DNA of 64,000 nt from the human T2T-CHM13v2.0 reference genome, Homo sapiens (GCF_009914755.1 NC_060947.1), one strand, 5' to 3'. Shown: positions 17,673 to 32,948, counted from the first letter of the stretch. Notes: a model not told the origin generated them from the sequence alone. Made by a program: numbers and translations.

Positions 17673-20200
17673 AACACTCAGTTTTATGTGAAGTCACACT
17701 CTCTAGAAGGATCTGAATTCCATTTCTGTATTTATAAGCATGTAGATTATAGGAACAACTCATTTTCTAAACTAATGCTTTACCTGGTTCTCTGGTAATC
17801 TTTTTTGTGATTGGAGGCCATCATCACAGAAGTTAGATATCCATCACGATGTTTGTCTTATGAGAAGAAAAGATGGGCTATTTGGAAGAAACAAATTAGG
17901 TTTTGGTAATACTAAGAGAATCAGTTGTATATTTCAGAAATTTAGGGAACCTTTTTATTTGTTGAATTTATAAGTAAGACATGCATGATGTCTAACCGTT
18001 ACCTAACCAGAGAATTTACTTCAAGCCAAATTTTGAACTGCATAAATGTTAACGTTTATGAAAACGGGTTCTAAGCAATTCTTTTTCAGTTGTGGTGCTA
18101 AATGTCTGTAGTAAAAAGTATATAAATATATACTTGCATCTTTATGTATATTTCTTTAAAAATTTGTTTTATGATCTAAGGTTTAAAAAATTTGATAATG
18201 CTGGCTATATGCACACTTTTTTTTAAGTCAGGAATCGTTCCTTTTCTTCTAAAGTAGACAATCAAAATAAGCAGTTTGAAGAGATTGATTTAAGACAGCA
18301 AAATTGTTGTATCTTCAGCTGTGTAAAAGAAATACTGCACCTTGGACCAGAAAATGTATATTAGTGATGGTTTGGTTAGTGACTGCAAAAGCAAAATAAA
18401 TACCATAGTATAAAATACAGTTTCACCTGACAGCATGTTTGACTAGTACTAAACATCTGCATTTAGGGAGCAGTTAGTACTAAAATGTGTTCTGCTTCTT
18501 TGCATGAAAATACATTAATTTGAAATCTTACAGTGCCTTTCTCACTGATTAATATTAGGAAGAGGTCTGGTCAGGTCTTGTTGATAATTTGTTTTCTAGA
18601 AACGTGGGGAAAAAGCATTTTTCACAAACCTATCCAAAAAAAGTTGCCTTATTTCTCCTCCTTAAGCCTTTCAATGACTTTGCAGAATAAGGTTGCATCA
18701 TTGTTTATTTTGGATGTGGAAGGTTGATCAGAACATTGCTTTTTACTGTAAAACGGCAGTGTAATGACTTAAATAATAAACTTACAGGCACAGGGAGATT
18801 TTCTTCCCTGTGTTAGTTAATCTTTAAACAATCTCTAGCATTAAGAAAAAAGATACTGTTGAAGACCCCAGATTGCAAAAGCAGTGCCACTTCTTTTGAG
18901 AGCTTTGGGGCAATCCTCTGATGTGTAATTGCTTTACATCAGTCACAAGAGAGAGACAAGAATGTGCTTTCCTTGAACTTAACAGTTTGGGCAATTTTCT
19001 ATAATCCAGTAAATACAAATTGTAGCTTGATTATTCATCTACGTCTGTCAAGCAAATTTTAATGGATGAATGAATGAGTCAAATCTATGCATGGAAATAT
19101 ACAAATGTGCAAAATATGGGTCTAATTACCAGGCTGCTGAATTTACACAAGGTCAGGTAAACAAGGCACCAGTGTAATGATTATTAATTGTTAATAATGC
19201 CTTTGGGAAAACATTCACATTTTCCTTCTGAATACCTAACAGTTTGCCTTTCTAGTCATTTTAAACTCTGAAAATTTTAGCTGGTCTAAAAAAACAAAAA
19301 CATTTTTGTCCTACTTTTATCCTTTCTCTATAATTGCTTACTAATTTTTTTAGAATAAAGGTAAAATGTAATACATTTTTGAGGACCCTGTTGAAAATCA
19401 TAGTTTAATATGATGGTGAAAGAATTAAGGGGGGTAGCATACTCACAGAACAGAATGAAATAGCTGCTATCTTTTGTCTTCATTGAAGGGAAGAGTATGC
19501 CCCCCCCCCATCTTCCACCCTCTTTTCAAACCTAATCGACATTCTACAACACAAAACCAAGGTGGTAATAAAGGAAAGGAAATCAAAGCAGGCTTTTTTC
19601 CCCTCTATTTACCATAGTAAGTCAACATTTGACTCTGTCTTGATATTCTATAAAATGAATGTTGGAAAAAGAATAATATCAATGAGTAGTTTCCCATCGA
19701 AATGCCCAAGGGCCGAAATAATTGAGGGAATACTTGCCAAGGTTTTTCTTAGTTCAGTAACTCTTGATCACTGTGCAGTTGTGTAGCTGTGCTATCATTA
19801 AGGGCTCTCCATGTCTGGAAGGACACCCCCCTCTCCCAGCTTTAATCCAAAAGTCATAAATTGTAGAACTAACATGTCGTCTACGGGTCACCCAGGCGAA
19901 AACACTGCATCTTGAGAAATCTATCTTTCTGCCACTGTGCTTTGAAAATCTTTTGAATATTTTGCATTAATGGTGCTCCCGCAGTCTCTTGCTGGGCTCT
20001 CTCCTCATCTTCACAAGCTCCATATTGAGAAGTTTTTCCTCATAGTTAATCTAAACATTCTTCTCTCTGTTCTAGGCCTCACTTCTTACTACATACCTAT
20101 GTTCAGTGTTACATGAGTATACCCACCTTCCTTTATGGTTTTTTCCCAAGTATTTTTAAGTAGCACTCATATCTCCCTTTCATTTTCGTTTTTCTGGAAC

Positions 20201-20565
<365 letters not shown>

Positions 20566-21129
20566 TAGTGTATGTAAGCCAAATGAATTTGAGCAAATTT
20601 TTTACCTTAACTCTGTAGTTAGCATCCTATCCTATTTTGTATACCACTCTAGAATATAACGTACACTTTATACATATTTGTGAGTGCTATAGTGGTTTAA
20701 TTAAATTTATGTAGCATTATAGCCAAACTCTTTATTCTGGCATTTGAGACATTATAAATCCAACCTTCCCTTTCCACAGACTCTATCATCCAGCAACACT
20801 GTCAAATTATCATTCCTCTAGACAGACCTCCTTGTTTTCACACAACTGCTGGGATTGTCGTCACCCACTTGCCATTTTTATCTTTTTCAATTCTCCTTCA
20901 CCTTTAAGACCTAAACCCATCTCACTTCTAGGAAGCCTTTCGTGGACATCACAGCTATGGAATGTTTTTTTTTTTTTCCTCTGAATCCCTAAAGAACTTT
21001 AAAAGTATAACTTTTCTCCCCCCATTTTCTTTAATATAGTCTCTTATAGTCGTTCTTTTATTTGGCAAATCATTTTGTTCCCTATAAGGTTGTAGACTTC
21101 TGGAGAACAGGGGAAAGAAGAAAGACTAA

Positions 21130-21350
21130 TATTTTTTTAGCTGCCAAACACTTGCTAAATATTTTTTACGTATGTACGTTTTTAAATGGTATCATTTAAT
21201 TCTTGCAGCAACCCTGTGAGGTGGGTGGTATTTTTTCCATTTTTACAGGTAAGGAAGCTGAATCTTGTAGTAAACACAACCAATGTTAGAATGGTAATAA
21301 TACATTGTAGAGCTGAGATTTAAGTTTGGGCCTCTCTGATTTAAAGCCTA
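21130..21350 (-). mobile_element. MIR
   Basis: MIR core-like text: catttaattcttgcagcaaccctgtgaggtgg...ccatttttacaggtaaggaagctga. Confidence 0.65.
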
Positions 21351-24300
21351 TATGCTCTTTTCAGAAAGCCTCCTCCATAAAAGAGTGGCAATTTGCTTCC
21401 TAATCTGCCAATTTACTAGAAAGTTCAAAAAACAGAATAGGTGTTCAGTAAATGATTAAATTTATGACTGTGGAAATCTGAATTGCTTTGACTTCATTTC
21501 TTTTACCTATCAGCTAGTGGTAATATGAATCAGCAATAAAATAGCCAAAGCCTTAGTAAGGGCCCTTTGTATTCTCACCAAAGGCTAGTAGTACATGAAA
21601 GGTTGACAGTTGTACTCCAACATTAAGGCTGTTTACTTGAGACAAGTTTTTTTTACTTGTTTGTCTGTTTTTAAGCTTTTCTCTTGTTGATTCCAACATT
21701 CACTGATATTGCTAAATGTCTCTTTTCTCACTTAGTATTTGTATTTCATTTTAAGAGAGTAAATTTCATTATATAATAGTAGCATGAATAATTTATGCCT
21801 CTGTCAAGGAACTATTAAAACACAGAGATTTTTAAATATGCATATTCTAAACTTCATATAAAAACTACGGAATGGAGTTTTTATTTCCTCTCTGAGTGTT
21901 TATTCAGGAGTAAACCTGGGCACTTACTAAAAAGCTATGGTCTTACTGACTTCAATTTAGGATAGAATGCTGAGTTGTAATTATGTCTATAGATAAGGAG
22001 AAATTGGTGTTTTATCTTTAGTAGAAAATCAGCTGATGTACTTTTTGGGGGCTTTTTACATTTTTTATTTAAAACAGGAGTTTTTATGAGGTGTATTTAT
22101 TCTCAAAGAATTAATGATTATAAGGATTAAGAAGGATGATTGCCAACCTAAGAATGAAAAGAACTTTGATTTGATGAGCACAAGCAATGTGACTGAGCTT
22201 TGGGGTGACAAAAATACGATGTTTTAGGTATCTGGGGTTTCTTCTTATCAACTTCCACGCATATTGATAAGTTCAGCCTATTTTGTAAACAGTTACTAAT
22301 GCCATAATGCATTTTCCCATATTTTCCATCTGAATTTTTACTATTATTGATTGAAGATTCAATTGAGAAATGTGTTTAGAACCCTGCTTTCCGTGGTAAT
22401 CACAGGAGTCAGTGGGAAGACAAGAAAATTGTATTGAAAGAAATTGTGTGCGTGTGTGTTTTGTGTTTCAGCATAGATTATCTCTGCCAAAATAATAGCT
22501 GTCATTTTGTTTTTGTTATATTAGTGGCCCGTAGCTTACCACTACTCCTTTTGCCTTAGTTTTGCTTCTGACCGCTGGCTATTCCCATCAGCAAGAAGAC
22601 CTTTTTAATTGAATGTCCAAATTTGAATGATTCTTGTCCTAATATCATTATAATCTTGATCCATTTCAAATTAGAGATCCCTAAGGTTGACTTCTCACCT
22701 CAGTTCAACAATCCTTTAACATTCAGAGACTTTGAAACTTCACTTCTGTTTAGAATTTCATATCATGCCCATCATGGGGGGAAAAGATGGAAAATGTATA
22801 TGCTGAGCCTATAGGACCTCCTGCAGTGCTTATTAATCCTTTGTGGATCATTTGAAATGTTTCTAGTTTATTTAAGCTTTGCTGCTTGTATCAGATTGTT
22901 CCTACGAAAAAAGAAAAAGTGATCATGCTTTGAATTTTTAAAAATGATCTCACTTTCAAGCAAAAGCACTTTTATGCTCCATTAAAGTTGAATTTGCCAA
23001 ACTCTTATGTCGCATTAACACAAGCTTTACTGGATAGATAAATGTGTTGTTCAAAGACCAACTTGAACTTTACCAAACTGCTTATTAAGATTTTTATCTT
23101 TATTCTTCTTATTTCTTAAATTATTTTAAAATAAACTAGTAAAATAGACTAGATAGGCCTAAAAGTACTACTTTAATGACAAAGTAATTTCTTCATTTGA
23201 GGTAAAAAAAATTAGTATAGATCGTAAGCTAATTGTTTATGAAGGCAAAATTAACGAAAATATTTTGATCACTTTTATATTTTTATATTTGTTTTATATA
23301 GTATCAATATCACAATAAAACTTGATTTTTTTTAATTTGCATAAGTGATTTATTGTTTTGACATTTATAATTTTTGTTCTAGTCTATCATGCATCTTTGA
23401 AAATTCAATATTTTCTTGAAATGTTTAGTAGGTCAGCCAATAAATTGACTTTTTTTTATCCTTCTCAATTTAGTGGGTTTTTTCAATATGTGTAGGACAT
23501 CTTCTGTTTTCTATGAATGATAGTGTTATATTCTTTGTTTCTATTTATTTTGTGACGATTTTAGCTTGGAAATAATCTTGGAATGTGTATCTTTTTGACC
23601 TAGAGTTACTCGGAAAGTTCTAGTCTCATTTGTACTATGTTTTCTGGCTCCCTAATACAATTATAAGGACTTAGTCTTTTCATTTTTAGTCTCCTTAGCC
23701 TTGAGGATTTAATTTAATGTGTTTGTTCTTCAGAAAGAATGTAAGCTAGTTTTCTACTTGAAACGTCTTTTTGTATTTTTAAATACATGAAACCTTTACA
23801 GAGGATTTGTTTTATCAAAAAATAACTTACATGCTCTTTTTTAAAGCATTAATTTACATCAATATTTATAGTGAACTTGAAAAAATATTTTAATGGTAAT
23901 GAAAATATAATTTAATATCAAGCTAAATCTTTTTCAGCCCTCTTAGATTCCCCATTTTTAGCTGTTGAGTCACTGGAGTTCCTAATAAAGAAAAATGCGT
24001 TTTTAGGAAATTACTTTTCTAAGGCAAACAATAAATTGTACACACAGAGGGAAAGGAAAGGAGAACTTTTCACCTGCCTCGTGTAGGGAAAAATCTAAAC
24101 AATTACATGAAACACTTAGCAAGTTATTTTAATATTACAGCTTTTCCATTTCTGAGAATGATGATACCTTGTTAGTAAGAAACTTTATTAACACTGACTT
24201 CTAGTGTAAAAATCTGCCCTGGATTCATTTTTCACTAATTCACTCTATTATTTTCTCCTAGTGTTCCCATGACCTTTCAGAAATGTGTAGTTCGTATTTT

Positions 24301-25179
24301 GTGCTGTACGAAAGCTGCCCCTTAGGTTGCATTGAGTAATGCAAAGTTGAATTATGAACATAATGGCAGTTCTCTGTGGCATTTCCAGTTCATGCTTACT
24401 TTTAGTTTGCTAAATTCATAAGTGAAATGTTTTTTAATGTTGTCCACGTTAGGGGAAAGGTTAAATAATGCTGAGCTTTTCTTCGTGAGCAAACGGGAAG
24501 AGTCATTTTGGTTGTTTGGTAGAAGATTGTGTTCCCATATTTTCATTCTTTGGCCAGCATAGATGGTGCACTGGATTGTTTTGGAGCTTTCAGACAGGAC
24601 TTACATACATCTAAAATATTTCATAAACTGCTCGGGTAGCCAGAGTATTCTTGTATCACTGTGCAATAGCACTAAAAATCATCCTGGGATAAGAAATGTG
24701 AAGCATAACATTACTTCCCAAAGTCATGTACTTTGAGAAGCCTTGAGAAGAGGCAAGAGAGTAACAGTATCTATGAATTCTCTGAAAACTCTTGTTTCCA
24801 GTAGGAAGCCTGGTTACCCACCAAAAAGTAGGTGATGAGAATTTTTTTTAACTTCAAGCATAATCTTTCTAAAAATGTAATTTTACTTGAGATTTGCCTC
24901 TCATTAACCAACAAACCATATATTTTGGTCACATATTTAATGAATGCGATCATCATTGAGTTGTTTGCTGTGAAGGGACATAGAGAAGATGCACTGTTTT
25001 CCATTTTTCCAAGTAATATGGGTCACATCATAACCTGTAAGTAATCCATCACTAGGCAGTGGCTCCACAGCATTCGGATAAAAATGTTTTAAACATTCCT
25101 GAAAGAAGAAAAGCCCACAAATACTGCCCTGTATATTGCTGGGAGAGAAGATATGAGTGCTTGTATGTGGGAATTATTC

Positions 25180-25498
<319 letters not shown>

Positions 25499-27482
25499 TT
25501 ATGGCAGTTTGGGACACTGGTCTTACATGTTGCTCACAGTGTCATCCCATGAAAGAGGCAGGGTAGGTACACTTGCAGTATCCATGGGAACACACCCAAA
25601 GGCTGATAGGGTGAACGGCTTGCCCAAGGCACATGGCTCCTGAAGCAGTGAGGTGAGAAGAGATCTTTGAGTTGGCTCCTGCCCTTCCATTTTGCCACAG
25701 GGCTTCTTTATCTACCTCCTGCAAGGAGGGCACAGTGAAGGAAGGTTCGGATGGGTTTTTGGACTCTCACAGGCAGCCTAGCCTGAGGGAGGCTAGAGTG
25801 TTCAGCCATCTGAATTAATCTCGATATCAGAGAGTTTAGTTCCCTCAGTGTAAAATTAAAAGAATATTTCTTCATCTGCTGCAATGCATCAGACACTATC
25901 CTAGACTATAGAGGCTCAAAGTTGAATGATAGCATCTCAGAGCTCTTGGGGGCTGAGGTGGTGGCCTTCTGTCTCCCTTTCTTCTACCTCTTTCCTTCTT
26001 TCCTCCATCCACAAACTTTTTGTCCTCTTATATATTAGCACGTTTGGACCTCTTCCTGCACTTAAAGTCATGCCTACCTTCATGCGCTCCAGGTGTCCCA
26101 GGTAAAAAGAGCCATTCCCCAAGCGATGCTGTTGAAACTGTTTTAATATAGACCCAGCATGTTGCTTGCCCTTAGCATTCATTTTAATTATTTGAAGAAA
26201 GTGATTCATACAAATATGTACAAAGTACAGCCCTTTTGAAGGTTTTTCACTTTAACAGTGACTTTACATATTATTTTGATAGTGATGTTCCTGGTATGGG
26301 CAGCGAGGATGTAAGCTGGGCCAGAAGAAGGATGAATCCTCTCTGCTTAGGGAATCAGTTTGCTGGACATGTGAATAGCTATATCCCCACTCCAGATAAC
26401 TGTACCCACATAGTGTTATGATCTTCAATGTTTTAGTGACATTGTAAATGTAGCAATAGAGTAGAGAGTCTTCATCATTTCATACTGGTATGTAAAATGC
26501 CCCAGGTATGTGACCACTTGAAGCACCCGGCTTTTGTATGCTCAGTAACCTTGTGTACAGTTGGTGACCAGTTAGCGCAATATCTTAGTCCTTCACTCAT
26601 CCCCAAGGAATTCAAAAAATTCATCCTGTTACGAGTGGCTTTCTTTCCTTGACAATAGTTTGAAGTCCAGCATGTAAAAATGTAAATCTCTCTGCTGGCT
26701 TCTAATGTGCAAGGCCTTCTGAGAGTGTTCCCAGGGAAGAAGAGTTGATTAGGTAGAGACTTCTCTGTTCTTAGTAAATTAATGACCTACTCCAGGCCCA
26801 TTTTCTTCTTTCCTGGAGGAACACTCAGTGACAGTGCTTATGCAGCCATGTCAAATTCTTTAGTTTTATTATATAAAACATCAAACGAGGAGCCAAAGAG
26901 AATCTTTTCCTAACAGCATCTCCTAAGCCCTAGAATGGAATCAGAAGTAAGGCAATGGACTAGCAAATGGACAGGCATTCCTAAAATCATCTTAGTGTCG
27001 ATGGGAGGCATGTTAGGCTTGCCACAGATGAGTGAGACATGAAAGTAGATTCAGGGGCTTGTTAGAAGATTCAGAGCTAGGTCAAGAGAGCTCTGGAGAT
27101 GAATCTAAAGAACTTTTCTTTGAACCTGTTTCAATAACACATGAAAACATCTCCTAAGATGGCAGATCTTTTCCTTACGGTTCTTGCAATTTAGAAATTG
27201 TAGGCCCTGGGAATGTGTATTAAAATCCGTAGCAACCAAAGTATTCAGAGGGGAATAAGGTATTTTGGGCTTTGAGAGGGGCAGCATAATGGGCAGATGT
27301 CAGGATTAACAACTAATGATTGATACATATATATATTTTAAGCCTTTTATCTGTCATTGTAGCACTCTGCCTCAACCTGGCTTCTATATGTTTCACAACT
27401 TGATAGAATATGCCATTTAGTCTCATGATTTATACTTATTAAACCTTATTTGTATAAATACATGCCCATTTATCACTGTCAC

Positions 27483-27638
27483 ACCAGTGAGGACCTGCTC
27501 AAACACAGATTGCTGGGTGCCACCCTTAGAGTGTCTGATTCTTGGTCTGGGGTAAAGACCAGAGAATGTGCATCTCTAACAAGTTCCCAAATGATGCTGA
27601 TGTTGCTGATCTCAGGCCCACATTTTGAGAGCCACTGC
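27483..27638. mobile_element. MER5A hAT MITE
   Basis: cagattgctggg...ctaacaagttccca..tgatgctgatgttgctg...cacattttgagagccactg. Confidence 0.75.
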
Positions 27639-28289
27639 TGTAGACATTCACCGACATATATTACTCAGCCGGGAGCACTTGAATGAAAACAGTAGTAACA
27701 CTAAATCCTAACTTAATGGTGGAGTAATGAGATTTAGTTAAGAGGAAATACTTTCAGTGCTAGGAATGTGTATATTTTGCTAACCTCAGTTATGGATAAA
27801 TCATGAAGGCTTATGGGGAACCTTATTTTTTTTTTTTTAAATTATGTTGTAGAATTAGAGAATTCTCACACTTGAACAGACCTTACAGTCATCTATCCTG
27901 ATGCAACACCCATCTTTATGAAAGAAGGGACTGAGGCCCTTAAAATTCAGCTCTGCCCCATTTCAAGTTGTGGTTTTTAGAGGCAGAGCCAGGAGAAATG
28001 ATTGAATACTATAGTTTAATTTAAATAAGACTTATGTTAGGGAAGGGATCTTTTAAGAGGACTAATTTCCCAAATATAAAAGGAGCTATTTTAATATTTA
28101 GTCAACCATTCAATGTCCTTTAGCTAAAGTTTCAGTCCCAAAGTTGATTTTAGGCACTGTGAGACAAAGGTCTCTACAGAATCTGTAATGATTTTAATAA
28201 AGTTACTTTTCTTCAGTTGCAGAGATTCCTGGGTGGCTTAGTTCTTAGGTCCATGGACTTAGATCCTTGGGAAATCTGCTAGAGGCAGC

Positions 28290-29900
28290 CCGGTGGAAAT
28301 GTTGATAAATATCACATTTTGAAAATATTAACCGTTGTAATTAGACCAAAAAAAGGAATATATAAAAATTGGAAGAAGGGGGAAATTATTATTTACAGAT
28401 CATTCTAACATGGAAAATCCAATGAAATCAACCAAGAAACTATCACAGACAAAAAATTTTAATAAGGTTACTAGTTATAAAATCAGTGCTAAAAATCAGT
28501 AGCTTTCAGCTGTATACACACAACCGATTAGAAAACATAATGAACTCTCATTTATAAATGAGATTATAAATCTCATTTATAATACAGGTTAAAAAGAGGA
28601 AATACCTAGGAATAAACTTAACAAGAAATGTGCTAGATATATTTGAACTCTGAATGGCTTAAAAGAAGACTTGGGTAAATGGCAAAGCATATATTCTTGG
28701 CTAGGACCACTCAACATTTTAGGATTGTCAGTTCCCCTAAGTTTATCCATAAATTTAAAGCTTCCTCAATTTTTAAAAGAAAATCGCAGGAAAATTCTAA
28801 CAGAGAAAATGACCCACCAGTCCTACCGGTTTTTACAATTAGGATATTTAAAATATTTTGGTGCAAAAATATTTGGTGATTTCAGTGGAGCAACTATAGA
28901 AAGCCCATAAATAGACCCAAAGTTGCATTTTGTTTTTTAAAAGGGGGTAGTTCACGTCAGTAGGAATAATCATCTGGAAAAAAATACAGTTGATTTCTTC
29001 CTTGTTCCTTACACTGAAACAACTTTCAGAAGGATCAAAAACTTAAACTTAGAAAATGGAACTATAAAAGTAATGTTGTTAATAATTGTGGAATTGAGAA
29101 GACTTTTTAAATAATTGAGTTTATTTTTTAGAGCAGTTTTAGGTCACAGCACAATTTCAGAGTAAGGTACAGAGATTTCCCATATACTCCCTGCCCCACA
29201 CACGTATAGTCTCTCTCATTATCAACATCCCCTGCCATAGTATGTTTGTTACAACTGATGAACCTATATTGATACATCATCACCCAGAGTCCATAGTTTA
29301 TGTTGAGGTTCATTCTTGGTGCTGTGCATTTTATAAGTTTGGACAAATGTTTCTAACATACCTCCACCATCACAGTATCCTACAGAGTGCTTTCACTGCC
29401 CTAAAAATCCTCTGTGCTCCACTTATTTTGGAAGACTTTTAGGTAATATATAGCCTAGGAAAGGGTATAGGGAATGGAGCACTCTCATACACTGTTGGTG
29501 GGCATGAAAAATGGTACACCTTTTGGACAACAATTTGGCAACATCATCAAGATTGTAAATGAACATACCGTTCTACTTTGCAATTCTAATTTGGGTATCT
29601 CTCCTTACACATGTACAGTCCTTACAGATATTATCAAAGGTACTATAGAAGGATATTGCTTGCAGCGTTATAATAGTAATAGTAAGAGACTGAAGACAAC
29701 CTGTTGTTGATCAGGAGAGAATTCCTTAGATTATTACTATCATATAATAGAATTTTGTGCAACCGTTAACAAGAACACTGCAGATCTATATGTACTGACA
29801 GGACATAATTTCCTCCACTTTTCAGTGAAAAAAGCAGGATTTAGAACAGTGTATATGATAAACTTTCATTTGTATTTTTTAAAAAATTAGAGATATTCAT
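28290..29900. mobile_element. Old L1M fragments (+), with an L1MC 3' end (-) inserted at about 29110-29425
   Basis: Decayed ORF2-like text (aaatacctaggaataaacttaacaaga, agcccataaatagaccca) and L1MC 3' UTR text (ttagagcagttttagg...tacagagatttcccatatactccctgcccc). Confidence 0.75.
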
Positions 29901-29929
29901 AATATGATAATACATTTTAATTAACCTGT

Positions 29930-30020
29930 TTGGGTGTGGTGGCTCAAACCTGTAATCCCAGCACTCTGTGAGGCTGAGGCAGGAGGATTGCCTGGGCAAT
30001 ATAGTGAAACCCTGTCTGTA
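29930..30020 (+). mobile_element. Truncated Alu/FLAM monomer
   Basis: gggtgtggtggctcaaacctgtaatcccagcactctgtgaggctgaggcaggaggattg. Confidence 0.75.
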
Positions 30021-30044
30021 TTAATAATATTTAAAATTTAAAAA

Positions 30045-30260
30045 ATTTTAAATTAACCCAATATATCCAAAATGGCATTTTATTCTGTAATGAGTGTTAA
30101 AAATACCACTAAACTATTTTATAGTCTCCTTTTTTGAACTAAGTCTTTGAAATTTGCTGTATATTTTACACTTGCAGCCCATCTCAATTTGGTCTAGCCA
30201 TATTTCAAGTGCTCAACAGCCACATACAGCGACTGGCTCATATATTAAGTAGCATAGATG
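30045..30260. mobile_element. MER33/MER3-like hAT element
   Basis: catctcaatttggtctagccatatttcaagtgctcaacagccacat. Confidence 0.65.
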
Positions 30261-30854
30261 TAGTATGTAAAAAGCACTGGACTAGAAGTTCAGTCTACAT
30301 GCTGTGTGACAGTGTGCAAAAAACGTACTTTCTTCTGGGTCTCATTTTCCTCACATACAACACAAAAGATTAGACAAGAGCTCTAAAGTCTCTTCCAATT
30401 TTAAAATTTAGGGTTTAAATATATCATTTCTTATTACTTGTCAAAGTCAAGGGTGTAATTGTGGTTGCTTTCCATAGACACTGTTTTCACCAGCACTCCT
30501 AAAATTCTGTGATTCTAAGTAAAGCACATATTTTAAGAACTATATTTTATTGTCAGATTGAGGTTGTTTATTTGTTTAAAGGAAGAATGTTATTAAGCTA
30601 TGTACATGATGTAAACCATTTAGTTCTTGTAATACAATTAAGTCAGATTTGAGGCTTTGATAATTCTAGTGCTGCATGGAAAACTTGGAAGAGCAAGAGT
30701 GAACCACCAAAATAATATCTAAAGAAAGAGTAAATGTAGAAAGAGAAAAAGAGTTGAGAGATAATTTTTTAAGTACAATTCTGTTTATGAAGTTCATTGT
30801 TCAGAAAATAATCACCGGTAGTTCTTTTTGAACAAGAGAGAGAATGAGAATAAT

Positions 30855-31110
30855 AAGGTTCTCAACCTTAGCTGCACATTAGAATCACTTGGGGGAACTT
30901 CTTAACATCCCAAAGCTCATTTCGTATCCCAGGCTGATGTTCTCCAACTGAGGTCCCAAACCAGCAGCGGCAGTATCACCTGGGAACTTGTTAGAGATGC
31001 AAATTCTCAGGCCCCACCCAGGACCTACTGAATCAGACACTCTGGGGGTGGCGCTGTGTTGTAACGCTGCCCTGGTGATTCCAGTGTGCCACCAGAGTTA
31101 AGAATTCTGG
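30855..31110. mobile_element. MER5-family hAT MITE pieces
   Basis: ggttctcaaccttagctgcacattagaatcac; cagcagcggcagtatcacctgggaacttgttagagatgcaaattctcaggcccc. Confidence 0.7.
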
Positions 31111-32948
31111 AGCAAGAAGTATTTGGAACAGGGTTAACAGATGGGTTTTATATTGAGTGCCAGCTTCCATCCTATAGTGGTCTTGAGGACAGAGTTGGAA
31201 ACGGAACTGCAATATACCTGCTAAGTGTTTGCCATTCCTGATTTAGTGATTTGGGTAATTTATTAACATTATAGAAGGTTGGATGTTGCAATCACTCGTA
31301 GATGAGCCTTTCTAAACAAATATATGTCAAGCATCTCAGCCAGTTGGCAAAGAAAAAAGGCGAAAAGGGAGGAAAAGCAGGAGAAAAGAAAAAAATCACA
31401 TTGGAACAGAAGCCACAAAAGAAGGGGGGAGGAATATACAAGGTAAAATGTTATAAGTGAAGAAATTCCAGGTAGATTATAAAATATTTATATGTAAGGG
31501 TTTCTTGAGTTCAAGTGTGATGGGGATTTTAGGCCCATTTCAAGATCTATCATCAATTCTATCTGATCAAAAAGTACCAAAGGCTTGTTCAGCCCTTTAA
31601 TTTGGCATTAAGGGTTATATTTCTTCTTAACATTCAGACTTTTGATAGGAATGCACTTAATACAGGTATGGTAAATTTGGAGTGAACTAAGCCAGAAAAT
31701 AAAATATATTTTCAAAGTGTAAAGAAGTTATCACTGACTGAGAAGGAGTTAATGTGTCATATATCCTTTTGATTTCTACTCTTTGAGAGAAATCACAGTA
31801 TCTATAATTTCGGAGGCATATTCGGAAGAATGTTAAATTGTGATTTCTCTATGCTGAATCTTAGAGATCTGTCAGGGAGTCTTCAGCCCTGACAAAATAA
31901 GAATGGACCCATTATAGTATCAGGTCCATTTGATTTTTCAAAAGTTAAGGGAAATATGCAGATCGTTTCAGAGACTTCTCTTTTTGCTCTTGCTTGTTAT
32001 AAGACAGATGAAGGGAAGCAAACTGGGCTGTGTTTAGAATGCATCTGGAGCTGCTTCTCTCTCGAGATCTCGGCAGTATAACTTCTGCAAGCCCTTTCTG
32101 TGTGTATTTTTCTTTTCTCATCCTGAAATATTCCATCTTGCATGAGAAAGTCAGCTTTGATAATTTCCAAAAGCTAAGTATTATGACAGAATTTGTGCCT
32201 CTTAGAAAAAAACTGCTCCTTTACTATAAAATAGAACCTACCTTTTATACCTGAGTAAAAAATTCTGATAAAACTTTTCTAATCGTATTTATTATTGAAA
32301 AGATTATTTTTGAGGTGGTGTTTACTAAAATATGTTGATTTTTATATTAATTTCTGAATACTCAGTTTATATTTTTAGATTGTTTTGTGAATTGGGATCT
32401 CTGAGTATAAAGTGGTTTTCAGCACATTGGTGATATTGAACATCTTCCTCAAATAGCAAGCATATGCATTTCAACAGCTTTCGGGACAGTACTACAGTTA
32501 ATAATTTCTTTACAAGACAAATGTATGCTTTTTTATTGTTAGCATTATTTTCTCATCTTATGTTCTGGCATTTAAATTATGAAACTTCATCTCGGCATGT
32601 AGACTTACCTTGTGTTGCCAAGAGGAAAGAAGTGGCTTTTCTGCAAAGCCAAATAGTTTTTACTTTATTGTCTGCTATGAAACAGCTGCTGATTCCAGGA
32701 AAATGCCGTCTCATCATTGGGCCTGGGGTGTCCAAAAGAGGCAGGAAAAAAAAATGACTGTAGCTCCCTGTCTGCCCTGGCACTCTCCTCCTTTCTCTCA
32801 TTTTCATTGCCATGAAGAGCATGAGAACAATATTCTGCAATTAAGGATTCCATTAAGTTGAAGAAAAGAGCAAATGGGGGATGTTTGTTCTCTAAGCTGA
32901 AAAAATTTGTCTGGGGTCGGGGGGGGGGATAGTGGTAGTGGTATGGAG

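Noticed and set aside
21209-21220. 12-nt microexon-like pattern (ttcttgcag|caaccctgtgag|gtgggt)
   Set aside because: It is ordinary MIR consensus-like sequence with a short pyrimidine tract and no independent support.
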